Under the pieces are notes generated by a model. The model was given only the letters and a program-made list of their open reading frames with translations. It was not told the origin of the DNA and did no database searches. A stretch of DNA of 64,000 bases from Eledone cirrhosa. Lineage: Eukaryota. The stretch covers positions 39,432,001 through 39,496,000 of the forward strand of contig OZ024751.1 in assembly GCA_964016885.1 (NCBI GenBank), in the 5' to 3' direction. Below are positions 1 to 15,066 of the stretch, one piece after another; positions within the stretch are counted from its first letter, which is position 1; the number at the start of each line of letters is the position of its first letter. A program made the position numbers and the translations under genes.

Positions 1-2206
1 ACGCCTACGACAGTAAAGAAGAACAGATAGAGACATTTAACGTAGAAGAGAACTGGGAGTTCCTAAAAAATAACTTACTAGAGGCGACGGATGAGGTTTG
101 TGGCTGGAGTAAGACCTCAAGCAGGAGGAGAGTGACTTGGTGGTGGAACAATAAGGTAGATGAAGCAGTCAAGGCCAAGAGACAGGCATGGAAAGAATGG
201 AAGAACGGGGGGAGCAGGGTACATTACATAGAGACCAAGAGGGAAGCTAGGCGACAAGTATACTTAGCTAGGAGGGAAGCAGAGGATAGAAAATTCAAGC
301 ATGTTTTACAACGTGAGGACCAGAAACAGGAGGTATTCAAGATTGCGAGGCAGTGTGTCAGAGATAGTTGTGATGTCATTGGAGAGAAGTGTATCCGGAA
401 TGATAAAGGTGAGCTTGCCCTCACAAGTGCTGAGAAGAAAGATGCATGGAAGAGTCATTATGATAGATTACTAAATGAGGAGAATGCATGGAAGAAGAGA
501 CCCTACCCCACGTAGACCCTATAGAGGGACCAGCAGTACAAGTCAGCGGCAGCGTAGTAAGTAAGGCAATCAGAGATATGAAGATAGGGAAGGCAACCGG
601 TCCATCGGGTATAGCTGCCGAGATGCTGAAGGCATCTGGGTCTGTAGGTCACACTATAACCACACGTATCGTTAACCAGGTAATACTAGAGGGGGCCATA
701 CCAAAAGATTGGTGCAGTAGCATCATTGTCAACTGCTACAAAGGTAAAGGCGATGCACTAGATAGAGGAAACTATAGAGGTATAAAGTTGATGGACCAGG
801 TCATGAAAGTAACAGAAAGAGTTATAGCACAGCTGATTAGGGACCGGGTGAATATAGACGAGATGCAATTTGGGTTTGTTCCAGGGAAAGGCACCACTGA
901 TGCGCTCTTCCTTGTGAGGCAATTACAGGAAAAGTACCTAGCTAAAAGTAAGCCACTCTACTTGGCATTTGTCGACCTTGAGAAAGCCTTTGACAGAGTT
1001 CCACGTGCAGTAATCTGGTGGGCTCTTAGAAAACTAGGAGTAGATGAATGGCTTGTGAAAGCGGTACAAGCCATGTATAGGGGAGCAGTCAGCAAAGTTA
1101 GGATTGGCAATGAGTATAGCGAGGAATTTAGCGTACAGGTTGGGGTCCACCAGGGCTCTGTTCTTAGCCCTCTCTCCTGTTTCATCATAGTCCTGCAGGC
1201 AATAACGGAGGAGTTTAAGACCGGATGCCCATGGGAACTCCTGTATGCTGATGACCTCGCACTCATAGCTGAATCTATGGTAGAACTAGAGAATAAATTC
1301 CAAACCTGGAAGCAGGGACTAGAGAGAAAGGGCCTCAAAGTCAACATGACAAAGACTAAGGTCCTTATAAGTAGACGAGAAAACAGAACCCAGATCCCCT
1401 CAGGGAAATGGCCTTGCTCAGTATGTAGGAAAGGTGTAGGTAGGAACTCCATTCTCTGCCCCAAATGCAAACAATGGGTACACAAGAGATGTAGCGGGAT
1501 CTCAGGAAGCTTAATTAAGAATGTAGGATTCACATGCAGCAGCTGTGCTGAAACAGCAAGCAAACAGCCACAGGAAACAAGTACCACCAATCTCTGGGAG
1601 GGCCCTGTAGAAACAGTAGACAGCTTCTGCTACCTAGGTGACCGAATTAGCAACGGAGGTGGGTGCTCAGAAAGTACAATAACTAGGGTAAGAACGGGAT
1701 GGAAGAAGTTTAGGGAACTACTACCACTGCTAGCTGCAAAAGGCTTCTCCCTCAGAATGAAAGGCAGACTGTATGATGCGTGTATCCGAACAGCGATGTT
1801 GCATGGTAGTGAGACCTGGGCGCTGAAGGTGGAAGACTTACGTAGATTAGAGAGAAACGAAGCCTGCATGCTCCGATGGATGTGTAACAGTAATATACGT
1901 GAACGACAAAGCATAAATGAATTGAGAGAGAGACTGAGCATAAGAGGAATCAAATGCTGCGTGCAGGAGAGGCGGTTACGCTGGTATGGACATGTGATGC
2001 GTATGAAGGATGACAGCTGCATAAAAAGGTGCAGAGCACTAGAAGTTGATGGAAACCGCGGAGTGGGGAGACCCAAGATGACTTGGGATGAGGTGATAAA
2101 AGCCGACCTTACCCAACTACACCTCTCAAAGTCAATGACACACGACCGTGACTTCTGGCGTCACGCAGTAATACAGGGTACCCGACCTCCCATGGGTACA
2201 TGCTGA
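1..2206 (+). pseudogene. Frameshifted RTE ORF (ORFs 132-515 and 488-2206 are one gene broken by a 1-bp deletion near 490)
   Basis: gcatggaagaag here versus gcatgggaagaag in copy 2; also +2/+1 insertions near 1170-1182 (PLSCF versus PLLF). Confidence 0.85.
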
Positions 2207-2508
2207 AGCATATAAACAATATGCCCCCCCCCCCACCGCAAGGTGGTCGTGGAGGTGCCACGGCAAAAAAGCACCCAGCCCACACTGTAAAGTGGACGTG
2301 TAGGCGCCACGAAAAAGCACCCAGCACTCACTGTAAATGAGGTTGGTGTTAGGAAGGGCATCCAGCTGTAGAAATCAAGCCAGATCAGTTCCTGTATGAG
2401 CAAGGCATGGTCAGCCGACCAGACACTGCCCACAACAGGACAACCCGTCTAACCCATGCTAGCGTGGAAGAACGGACGTAAAACGGTGATGATGATGATG
2501 ATGATGAT
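1..2508 (+). mobile_element. RTE-clade LINE, copy 1 (runs off the window start); RT with PHD insert, 3' UTR, (GAT)n tail
   Basis: RT motifs YRGIKLM, FVDLEKAFDRV, GVHQGSVLSP, YADD, FCYLG; C-terminal RRLRWYGHV..RGVGRP..W typical of RTE; (GAT)n tail to 2508; near-identical to the reverse complement of 37474-39978. Confidence 0.95.
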
Positions 2509-2871
2509 ATGTATATATATGTATATATATATACACACACACTCACATACACATGATGCTGATGATGTCATATATGTATGTTTTTCTCAAACAATAGGAA
2601 TCAGAGATAAACATCCAGATCTGTTACCAGCACTAGGTGAATGTTCAACTGGCTTAGATAACTTTACAATATTAAAGTTGGTATCTAATGGATGAGATAT
2701 TACAGGAAGAACTGAGAGAACAGGGACAAATAAACCAGAAAAATATCTACTACACGCACATATATATATATATTCATATATATCATCATCATCATCATTT
2801 AACATCCATTTTCTATGCTAGCATATATATATATATATATATAATTGAGCGTGTGTATGTAAATATATATA

Positions 2872-2903
<32 letters not shown>

Positions 2904-2907
<4 letters not shown>

Positions 2908-3082
2908 AAAAAGTATGACCTCGATGGCAGAGCTCAAGCAGTTTCGATGGCTATTTCGTCGAAACGGCTTGAGCTCTGCCGTCGGGGTCATACTTTTTCC
3001 TATTTCCCACTCTACTACCCTAAATATTGAGTACTCTGGTGCGTTATGGTCCATCTGGTTCCTTACCACAATTCCTTTGTTA
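2904..3082 (+). mobile_element. Fold-back Penelope-like non-autonomous element, family H1 (about 46-bp arms + tail), contains 3' half of a hammerhead
   Basis: Arms 2904-2949 / 2957-3002; GAAA-CGGC..GCCG-TC motif; tail 3003-3082; TA tracts both sides; relatives at 21017, 24088, 33177, 40735, 57909, 58601. Confidence 0.7.
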
Positions 3083-3107
3083 TATTATATATATATATAT
3101 ATATATA

Positions 3108-3493
3108 CTAGCCAAATTATCCGCGCCTTGCTGCGTTTCACACATTTTTTTTTTTTTTTTAGAAAATGATGTTTGATTTTAAATCAGTGATATAATTTAT
3201 GGAGAAAAACTCCATTATGGTATCTTAATATTGAAATTTGCTGAAGTTTTGTGAATAGGCATCATATCTTGTCATTTAACTATGGTTTAAATTTCATATA
3301 AATCGAAGGGAAACATTTTCAGCAGGGGTTTGTGTCCCCAGGAAACCCTTTGATTAAAATTAAATATACTTATCCAAGTACCCTGGGCAACGTAGTTTCA
3401 GAATATATATGGTTATGGGGGTCTATCTCCAAAATCATAGGAGGAGTTTGTGAACAAACAAACAGACAAACAAACAGACAGGGACTACAACTT

Positions 3494-3495
<2 letters not shown>
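3108..3495 (-). mobile_element. Non-autonomous Helitron-like element (Lep1-like layout)
   Basis: CTAG terminus at 3108-3111 next to a short GC-rich degenerate palindrome; (ACAA/ACAG)n near the other end; TA context. Confidence 0.55.
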
Positions 3496-3592
<97 letters not shown>

Positions 3593-4141
3593 AAAGAGAG
3601 ACAGAGAGAAAGCGAGAGAGTCTGCAGTGCTGAGACTGATGAGATCAAAAATTATGGCAGTACTCAATGGCAGCAAGAGGAGAGATGTTGTAGAGGATCT
3701 AGACTGAGTTACATTAGTGTTAGTTGGAAGACAGAGAGAAAAGCAGACACATAGAAATACATGCCAACACACACAGGCATACACACACACACACATGCAG
3801 ACACACAAATCAGCATAGTATAATAAATATATATATATATATAAAAATCTAGACTTTTAGTTTCATTACTGTTGAAAGAGACACACACCTGGCAAACATA
3901 TATATATACATGCCAACACAAATGGACATAAACACTAGCATACACACACAGACACACACAAGTACATACACATGCACACATGTACACACAAGTACATACA
4001 CACTGACTGGCCAACATAAGATGTATACAGAGTTACTTAGACTTTTAGAAACATGTCTGTAAAATGGCAGACACATATAAAGACATGCAGAAACATGCTT
4101 CAACACACAAGCACTGACAGATCAACATAGCACACACACAC

Positions 4142-4179
<38 letters not shown>

Positions 4180-5089
4180 CTGCTTAATGTAACATTAACC
4201 TGCATGCATTCATCTGCTAAACAAAACACACACAAAAATAAACAAAAGGCCCAGCAATTCAAATGTAAAATGGTGTAGAAACCAACAAAACACACATCTC
4301 TTTCTCCCTCTCTCTTTTCCACTCTCCACTCTCTCTCCTCTCTCCCTCCCCTTTTCGTTCTCTAAGACATCTACAGATTCATAGCAACAACTATAGAAAT
4401 TTCTTTATAAAAACCATGATGTGCGAAGACAATGGCACCAACAATGGCACCGACTGGAATATGGCAACACCAAAACCAAAACCAAAACACAGACTTAGAC
4501 AAAAATGCCACAGTCATCATGGCAGAATCCCAGCATTGTGAAGACTACTATCGCTAAAAAGTTGATACCAAACTGAAACGATTTGGACTTCTTTTGAGAA
4601 ATCATGGATAAAATGTAGACGAAGACTTTTGCTTAAGAGAAAACCAAAAACAAAAACAAAATAAAACAAAACAAAACAAAAAAGTTTGTATCACTCTTTC
4701 TCTCCCAATCTCTCACTCTCTTTCGAAGAATGGTTCTGATGTGTGAAAGAGAGTTTGCGAAAGGAAAAAAGAATGAGTGAATGGTAATTTCACAGTCTCT
4801 TGCACATGTGAGGTGATGAAAGAGATGCTTAAAGAAAGCCGAAGAAAAGTGGTGCAGATAACAGAAGCGAACTCTTAGAATCTTAGAACTGGTCTTTATT
4901 GCCAGCCTACCTTAAACTAAGCTAATTCAGATTGGTCTTTGACCCTTTAGAAATGAGAACGATGTAAAGAAGATGGTCGTAAAAGATGTAAAATAGCCAA
5001 AGAATAAATAGTACCTATATATATATATATATATGCATATATATATAAATATATATATATATATACACACACACACAAATATATATGTA

Positions 5090-5122
<33 letters not shown>

Positions 5123-5237
5123 ATCACACACACATACACACGTATGTGTGTATATCTGTTGCAACTTCTCTACAGAACATTTCTTTAGATTCCTTGTGAA
5201 AAACTCTGCTTTGATAAGACATATGTAATAGAAAGGA

Positions 5238-5272
<35 letters not shown>

Positions 5273-5469
5273 CAACAATAATAATCGTCATCAAAAAATC
5301 TGTTAGTGAAAGAAACGAGTATTGAACCAGGGGGAAATGTGGGGAGATAAAAAGACATCAATAAAGAATTTAGCAGGTTTCACTTCTGTTTTGAAGTGAG
5401 AGAGTGGGGAAGACAGACTGAGAGGAAGAGAGAGAGAGAGAGAGTGAAGATAGATATAGATTAAATAAC

Positions 5470-5810
5470 AGAGGGGACAGACTGAGAAAGAGATGGAAGA
5501 AGACAGAGAGAGGTGGAGTAAGGCAGAGAGGGGGGAGCAAGGCAGAGAGGGGGGAGCAAGACAGAGAGACGGGGAGTAAGGAAGAGAGGGGGAGCAAGAC
5601 AGAAAGACGGGGGGGGGGCAAGACAGTGAGAGGGGTGAGCAAGACATAGAGAGGGGGAGTAAGGAAGAGAGGGAGGAAGCAAGACAGAGAGAGGGAGGGG
5701 GGGCAAGACAGAGAGGGGGGCAAGGCAGAGAGAGGGGGGAGCAAGACAGTGTGAGGGGGAGTAAGGAAGAGACAGGGGGGAGTAAGGAGGAGAGAGAGTC
5801 AGTGAGAGAC
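5470..5810. repeat. Purine-rich ~20-bp minisatellite (gagcaagacagagagggggg-like)
   Basis: Degenerate tandem repeats seen directly. Confidence 0.85.
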
Positions 5811-5864
5811 ATTATATTGTTTTAACACTTTCAATGTCAGAGAGAAACAATCAGTAACCACAGA

Positions 5865-6200
5865 CTATTAACACTGTCAATGTTACACTGTAGTGTAACA
5901 CTGTCAGTGTTACACTGTAGTGTAACACTGTCAGTGTTACACTGCAGTGTAATATTGAGTGATACTACAGTGTAACATTGAGTGTTACACTGTTGTAACA
6001 CTGTCAATGTTACACTACAACAACACTGTCAATGTTGTTACACAGTCAATTATGTTACACTGCAGCAACATTCAATATTATGCTGCAGTAACAGTGTCTG
6101 TGTTACACTGTAGTAACAGTGTCTGTGTTACACTCCAGTAACACTGTCAATGTTACTGTAGTAACAGTGTCTGTGTTACACTGTAGTAACACTGTCAAGA
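5865..6200. repeat. Palindromic ~27-bp minisatellite (tgttacactgtagtgtaacactgtcag)
   Basis: Tandem units with internal hairpin gttacact-gt-agtgtaac. Confidence 0.85.
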
Positions 6201-7255
6201 AGACCCCTCCATCACCACCAACAAAACCTTATCTCTCTTCAAAGACATCAATTATTTCACACAAGCAAGATGGACACTAACTACGATTTTAAAATAATGT
6301 TTTTTAAATATTCTATAATTTGAAGGAATTTAGTAATATTTCATTTCATTTGAGTTTGAGTCCATGCTCAGGCCAAGTCGAAGACTCCACCCTCAGTCGA
6401 AGACTCCACCCTCAATATAACTAATATAACTCAATATAACTAATTTTCTAATTTTTAGCTGGTGTTTGGAACAACTCAAAGGTTTTAACTTAAATTTATA
6501 ATAAAAGATGTTTAGATAAATATAAATACTTTAAAGCAAACAGTTTTGTATTAATTTTCTTATTTTTAGCTTGTGGTTGGAACACAATTCAGAGGTTCTT
6601 ACAAAAAGTTATAATAGAAGATTTTTAGATAAACATAAAAACTTTAAAACAGTTTTGTATTGTAGAATTTAGTAATATAACTAATTTTCTTATTTTTAGC
6701 TGGTGTTTTGAACATAAATTAGGTTTACTGCATAAAATTATTATAGATTTTTAGATAAATATAAATATTTTAAAGCAAACAGTTTTGTATTGTAGAATCG
6801 GGGATGGATTCAGGTGGTTTGATTTGAAAATATTTAATGTCGTAATATGTTATTGGGAAGGCTGGTCTCCGACTTATTTAGGTCATGTCAGAAAAATGAG
6901 ATATAATTAGGTCAGGTCACAAAACAATGTAAGATATATTTAGGCCATGTCATAAACATGTGGTGAGATATAAATAGGTTAGGTCATAAAACATTGTGAA
7001 TATATTGAGGTCATGTCAGAAACCAGTGTGAGATATATATTCTTTCATGTCATGACCTGAATATATCATGTGAGAAAACAATGAGATGTATTTAGGTCAT
7101 GTAAAGAAACAAGATGATATATGTTTATACATGAAAGAATTTGTGATATATTTAGTGCATGTTATGAAAGAATGTCAGATATATCTAGAGTTATGTGAGG
7201 AAACAATTGTAGATATATTTAGGTCATGTCATGAACTAAGATGATCTATTTAGAT

Positions 7256-7938
7256 CACAGGTTCTCAACCCATTTAGGCCAAACGCCCCCTTTTGTCCCT
7301 CGAAATCACGAAACGACCCCCACCCTCCCCTATTTTTCCATTTTTCAATATACTACTGATTTTTATAGCAGTAGATTACTAAAAAATTGATTAACAATAT
7401 TCCAAAGATGTGTGTATTATCTGATTATGTGTTGTATGTGGTCCTAGATGTGTGCTACCCGCTTCTGTTTTTTCGTTTCTTTTTTTTTATTTGTAATATT
7501 ATTTATACAATAGGGAATAAAATAGATCTACATAGTGTTAACTCGTTACGGTTGAGTCAATAATTTCAGACATGAAATACATTGTTATCGGTGAAGGAAA
7601 AATAAGATTCTAACTGGCTGCACTCAAGGTGTCTTTGACCCAATTGACTGTGGGTTTTTCCATTTTTAGGATCTCAATTACCGGTTAACGTCTCATTTAT
7701 CAGACATGCCTGCACACCTGCTCAGAGCTGCAGTCAGACTATAGTTATACTCTCTGCAAGCTCATTCAAATGCATTCACACTGGCTGTCTCAGACATACA
7801 AATATGGCTTATAAAACTTACCAAAATAAAGAGCCTTCCAGCGCACACACACCCCCCTCCCTACCCCAGCGTCAAACGCCACCCTGGAGTTCCGAAACGT
7901 CCCCCGGGGGTTCATATGCCCCCCGTTGAGAACCTTTG
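7256..7938. mobile_element. hAT (Charlie-like) non-autonomous DNA transposon, 683 bp
   Basis: TIRs cacaggttctcaac / gttgagaacctttg; exact 8-bp TSD ATTTAGAT at 7248-7255 and 7939-7946; inserted in a degenerate ~30-bp tandem array (6875-7255). Confidence 0.9.
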
Positions 7939-7979
7939 ATTTAGATCATGCCATGAAATATATATATATATATATATAT

Positions 7980-8118
7980 TTCAGTTTATCCCAGGTTCAA
8001 TCGGGGGTGACCACATACAAAGCAGAGTATAAATATTTAATGTAGAAAGGCTTCTACATTCTACAGGATTAGAAATGTTTAATTCCGGAGAAATCATGAT
8101 TTCTCTGGAATGAAGCAG

Positions 8119-8123
<5 letters not shown>
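7980..8123 (-). mobile_element. Short fold-back + tail element between TA tracts (Penelope-like layout)
   Basis: Imperfect palindrome tagaaatgtttaattccggagaaatca/tgatttctctggaatgaagcagttcta at 8070-8123 with a one-sided ~90-bp tail. Confidence 0.5.
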
Positions 8124-8164
<41 letters not shown>

Positions 8165-8356
8165 GGAAAAAATGAAACGAAATTTCATTTCCCACTCTTA
8201 GTACGGCTGTTACTTAAATATAAGTATGTACACGTACATACATATATGTATACAGACATACAGTAGTATGTATATATATATACATACATGCACACATATA
8301 TATATATGTACGTATGGATTCACCGAACATTTATTGTAATGCTCGGTGTGTTTGTA

Positions 8357-9541
<1,185 letters not shown>

Positions 9542-9904
9542 GGGCTTGAAACTGCCAAAGTCCACTGCAATGGCAGCGCTCTCTTTCTCTCTCTCACCAT
9601 ATATCAGCTAACACCAGCAGCAACATCACCATCTACCATCTGTTTTTCATGCTAGCAACGATTGAACGGGTCACCATAGACCAAGTCTCCATGGACACCT
9701 GTTCCCACGGACATGCTGGGACCTCACCTCATGTACATATATCTTTTTATTTCATCTTTTGATGAAGAACTACTGTCCGAAACGTCATGCCACTTTTCTT
9801 TCTATATCAAGCATTAAAGTAATATATTTCTGCATTGTACTGTATTGTAAGCTTTGTTTATTTCATTTTCTTTTCATAAATATGAATATACATATACTAT
9901 ATCT

Positions 9905-9936
<32 letters not shown>

Positions 9937-9976
9937 TATATATATATATATGTAGATATATATATATATATATATG

Positions 9977-10271
9977 TTGAGAGAGAAACTGTGTTTGAGA
10001 GGGATAGAATGTAGTGTATGGGAGAGGAGACTGAGGTGGTATGGACATGTGATGCGCATGGAGGATGACCGATGGGTGAAGAAGTGCCAGGAAATGCCAG
10101 TTGAAGGAAGACGTGGTAGAGGTAGGCCACGAAAAACATGGGCGGAGGTGGTGAGAACAGACCTCAGATCATTGAAGCTCACGGTGGAGATGACGAAGGA
10201 CCGTGACGAGTGGAGAGATGCTGTGCTGAATAAGACCTGTCCCACTCTTGCAAGCAGGGAAAAGCGGATGT

Positions 10272-10303
<32 letters not shown>
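9977..10303 (+). mobile_element. 3' fragment of a related RTE LINE family with (GAT)n tail
   Basis: LREKLCLRGIECSVWERRLRWYGHVMRM..RGRGRPRKTW; (GAT)n tail; TA tracts both sides. Confidence 0.9.
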
Positions 10304-10362
<59 letters not shown>

Positions 10363-10641
10363 TATACATATATATATATATATATATAAGGATGTATATT
10401 TTATAACCACATAACCACATCAATGATGAGGCCATAGCAACAAATGAGCTGTGCAATGAAAACAAATAAATGATGAATTAAGTGATTCTCACAAAGATAC
10501 TCTGAGAGGGAGGCAGAGTGGTCAGTGGTGGGAGAGGTACAGTGGTGGGTAGTGGGGGAGGTACAGTGGTGAGTATGGTATCATGCAATAACCTTACAGT
10601 TTTGATTTATCACCAGACCCCTAAAACAATATAATCTGTGT

Positions 10642-10690
<49 letters not shown>

Positions 10691-11054
10691 TATATATATA
10701 TATATATGTATATATATACGGAGGCATATACAATTCAACAGTGATAATATATGTATTATTTATATTTTCCTTTCTTTTGCACAGCGTAAAGGAGAAGAGG
10801 AAACGTTTAGGGAACATTAGTTCCAAAGCACATATCTCTATAAATATTTACAAGAAGAGAGAAAAATAAAGAAAAATGTAATATAATATGATAGGTATGT
10901 AATACAATATAATGTAATATAATATTATAACAACAGCCAGGTCTGGGTCTAGCATTGATGGAAAATTGTTTCCATATATTTGTACACAACTAGTGCATCA
11001 CATAATGTGTGTGTGTATGTGAGGATGTGTGCTGATATATGATGAAGATGGTGA

Positions 11055-11088
<34 letters not shown>

Positions 11089-11369
11089 TAACTCCAGTAG
11101 CATACCAAAAACAAAAACACCACAACTTTGCACCTGTCTGAAGGGAACATGTCTAAGGGTCATTACATAATCACTTTGACATCTTTGAAATACATATAAC
11201 AGGATTATATATTAAACAGAGGATGAACATTTAAAACGCTTTCTCTTCTTTATAATATCTACACTCTGGTTGATACCTTATTGATAACATTTTAAGGAAC
11301 ACAAGTCCTGGAGTGCTTTACATCTGTTTACGACAAAAGTCAGAGGATTATCTGATCAACCACAATGTT

Positions 11370-11516
11370 CCTAGAAATATTACATGGTATAACTCAACAT
11401 TTAGCTTGAATATGCATAGAATTATAACCAAGGTATTACTTAATTTAGTTTCACTTAATTTTACAAGGGAACCTACGTATTACTAAATCTTCAATATAAA
11501 TTCTATTAACTTTTAA
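11370..11516 (+). pseudogene. Decayed Penelope-like element coding fragment (RT to GIY-YIG linker region)
   Basis: Translates PRNITWYNSTFSLNMHRIITKVLLNLVSLNFTREPTYY*IFNINSI, resembling the PLE motif RNIIWFNPPFSxNVxTNIxKxFLxLIxxHF...KIFNxNTI (recalled). Confidence 0.6.
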
Positions 11517-11933
11517 CATTCGGTAATAATTTAGTAGTAAAGGTGTAAACGAGGTCTTGTTTATTAACATGTTTATAGAGTCTTTATTAGTGGACAGAAT
11601 GGTGTGAAAATTAGCAATATTATAAGAAAGGTTTCTTTAATCAATGTTATTTAGTCATTTATACGAAATATGTTTTATGTTAATGGTCGTTAATCATTTA
11701 CATGATAATTACATGATAATTAATAATGATTTCTTTTATTAAATAATAATTAATTATGAAAACAAAAAAAAAATGTTAATAGAATAATTAATTAAAAGCA
11801 ATCATTAACAGACAGTCATACATATATCAAAAAATAATTTCTAAAAGCTAAATATTCTTATCAACTATTAATTTATTGATTAAATCATTGATATTCATAG
11901 TCATTGATAAAATGATCAATGGCTATTTACAAA

Positions 11934-11994
<61 letters not shown>

Positions 11995-12342
11995 TATACA
12001 TATATATATATATATATACATATGTACATATATATGTATATATATATATACATATATATAAAAATGCGATCCGATAAAAGTTATATATATATACACATAT
12101 ATATATAAAAGCGATCCGAAAAAAGTTTGATAACATACAACACTATAGGGATGAAATTTCAATTTCAAAAATGAATGATCAAGGAAGCAATTACTGTTAT
12201 TTCCCTTACATTGGAGAGTCTGTTAATTCCACACTAAAGCTTATGTAAATATTACTGACACTAGGGGCCTTTCAACATATCCACACTGATGATGTGATGG
12301 CTGAAATTGTGTCATATAAAACATTAAATATATAGCACTTAC

Positions 12343-12419
12343 CTTTTCATGATGTGACCAAATACTCGGTTAATCTCAAGACATGTGGCATAAAGGAGAT
12401 TTTGGACAAACGGTGAAGC
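12343..12419 (-). CDS. COG1: COG1 internal exon D (77 bp; ASPFVQNLLYATCLEINRVFGHIMK-R/S)
   Basis: Polypyrimidine acceptor ending gatttcag, donor AAG|gtaagt; continues exon C in phase 0; matches COG1 PSWYVQSFLFSLCQEINRVGGH. Confidence 0.92.
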
Positions 12420-12631
12420 CTGAAATCATCAGAGGAAAACAAAATGAAAGAAAACAGCTAAAAAAATTAATCATTTTGTTATACTCCTGTGTTGTGGCCT
12501 ATATATATATATATATGATTCCAGTTCCTCGGAGGAATAACAACACACCCAGGAGCTGGACATATCGATGTATTGATGGAGTGAAATACACCTCAACAAC
12601 ATGTGTACCTGTCTTTTCCACACCAATTCGG

Positions 12632-12686
12632 ACTGCCTGAAGAGGTCACAGCCAATGATGGTTGTCACCGAAATATATATAGCAGT
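12632..12686 (+). ncRNA. Type I hammerhead ribozyme
   Basis: Stem I ACUGC/GCAGU; core CUGAAGA (12637-12643); stem II GGU-C-ACAGCCA/UGGUUGU-C-ACC; GAAA (12670-12673); palindromic short stem III UAUAUA; UA cleavage site. Confidence 0.85.
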
Positions 12687-15066
12687 AAATTTATAATTTA
12701 TAATAAACAAAGCCAAATTTTACATATTTGACTTATTTATTTTATATATATATAAATATATATATATATATAAACATATATATATATGTATATATATATA
12801 TATCCAATTAGAGCCTTCTCATTCCTGTTGGAGTTACCCCTCCGTGATTGACCTCCACTTCTTTCTGCTTGGTTTTGGTCATGAGAGGGGTCTATGACTG
12901 GTACTTTACGTTACTCACTCTAAAAGGATGAAAGGATTTGAAATCAGAATGTAAAGAGCTGGAACTAAATGCTGCTATGCATTTGTCCGATGCTCTACTG
13001 ACTCAGTCAATCCACTGCCCTCACCATAATACCAATATCAACAAATAAATATATAAATAAATAAAGTAATAATTATCAAAACAAAAAGAACAATGACAAA
13101 AAACATCCTAGAAAGAAGTTGTATAGTAAAACAAACACACACCATTATACAGACACACAAAATCATAGAAACATAAATACATACCAACATACCAACACAC
13201 ATACACATACATACAAATACACAAACACACACACACACACAATAATACAAATACAAACATAGGCCAACACACATATATACAAACACACACACAAACAGAT
13301 TGGAAGCCATGTCTTGCTGATGAGAAGAAACAAAGAAATAGAGAAAGGCAAATGCAAAGACAAAAAATGTAATTCTTGTGACATTAAAGTATATATTTTT
13401 TAAAGGGTGACCTATGAGAGAGAGTAGGAGGAAGAAGAGCATGATGGGATATTGTTATGATGAAAGGGAGAGGGGGGGAGACTGGTGGATGGGGAGGTAG
13501 GATGGAATGGTAAGGGGGAGGGTAAGGGGGGGGAGAGGGGGGTGGTAGGATGAGGGAGTAGAGGAGATAGAATGAAAAAGTTAAGAGGGAAGAGTAAAGG
13601 TTGTAGGAAGGGAGAAGAGTGGAGGAGGTAGAATGATGGAGGTGAGGATGGGAGAGGAAAAGAAGAGAAGGGGGAGAAATAAAGAGAGGAGGAAATTTCA
13701 GCAATTACAATTCTGTAATATTACATTGAAAATAGAGACTAAAGATAAATTGTTGGAAAACAAAACAAAACAAAACAATATATATATATAAATAAATGAA
13801 TGAAATTATATTTAAATTAAAAATTTAAAACAACATAAAAAAATGTGGGAGGGAGAATGGGTAGGTCTCTGTTTTTTTGTTGGGATGGTTAATTTGGGTT
13901 GATATTATATTTGGTTTGGTGGCTGGGTTGTGTGGGTAGGATGTTGGTTTGGGTGGATGGTTAATTTGAGAGGGTGGGCTGATATTTGGTTTGGTGGCTG
14001 GTTTGTGTGGGTAGGTGGGTGGATGGATGGATTGTTGATTTGTTGGTTGGGTGGTTGGTTTGGGAGGGTAGATTGATGGTTGGGTGGTTGGTTTGGGAGG
14101 GTAAGTGCATTACTGGTTGGCTGGTTTGTGTGGGTAGGTGGGTGGATGGATGGATTGTTGATTTGTTGGTTGGCTGGTTGGTTTGGGAGGGTAGGTTGAT
14201 GGTTAGTTGGTTGGTTTGTGTGGATGGATAGATGGATGGCTGGTTGGTTTCTTAGTTGGGGTGGATCGGGTGGTTGAATGGTTGGTCGGTTGGTTGATTG
14301 GTTTATATGGGCAGATGGTTGGCTGGTTGAATGGATGGTTGGGTGTTAGATTGATTGGTTTGGTGGTTGGGTAGGTAATTGGTTGGTTAGTAGGCTGGTT
14401 GATTGGATGGTTGGTTGGCTGGTTAGTTGGGTGGGTGGGTGGATGGTTACTTGGTTAGTTAGTTGGATGGTTGGGTGGTTGCTTGGTTGGTTTGGTTGGA
14501 ACCAAATGAAAGTAAGTTACGTAAATGTCAAGAAAAATGTTACATGGAAAAAAACAAAAAGAATAATAATAATAAAAATGGGAAAAAAATATATTTCTTC
14601 CATTGATTTTAGACAGTGTTTACTAGAATATTCTTGGGAAAAAACTAAACTACTTAACGTATATTTTAATAAGGAGACATTTAACGAGCCAGAATGATGT
14701 TGCTGATGATGTTGTTGTTGTTAATGTTGTCATTGAAGTTGCTGTTGTTGTTATAGATTAGCGCCCAGATCAAACCCTAAAAATATCAAGCAAGCAGGCA
14801 TATGATCAAAAGCATTCCAGCAGCCTTAAGGCTGAGCATTAATTCTTTGGATACCAATCCGATTGATAATCCACCACCCACCCACCCACAGATTCTATGA
14901 TACAAAATCGTCTATTTTAAATTGTTTATATTTATCTAAAGATCATTCCATAATAATTTAATGTAATAAACTTTGTTATGTTCTAAACAGCAACTTAATA
15001 ATGGGAACGTTAGTTATAGTACTTGACCCCTCCAAGTTGGTCTTTATTTAGGAAATGAGGTGAATT

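Noticed and set aside
958-2433. Antisense ORFs over the LINE (mirrored at 37549-40455)
   Set aside because: Shadow frames; their duplication only reflects the LINE duplication.
4380-4980. Unique block with a 36-codon minus-strand ORF; searched here and at 2600-2750 for the next COG1 exon
   Set aside because: No phase-compatible frame resembling COG1 and no recognisable protein.
9756-9790. Minimal hammerhead-like ttgatgaagaactactgtccgaaacgtc (similar at 32200-32240)
   Set aside because: Core mutated and stems broken; at most a relic.
12283-12315. CTGATGA...GAAA next to exon D
   Set aside because: Stems II and III and the UH site do not form convincingly.
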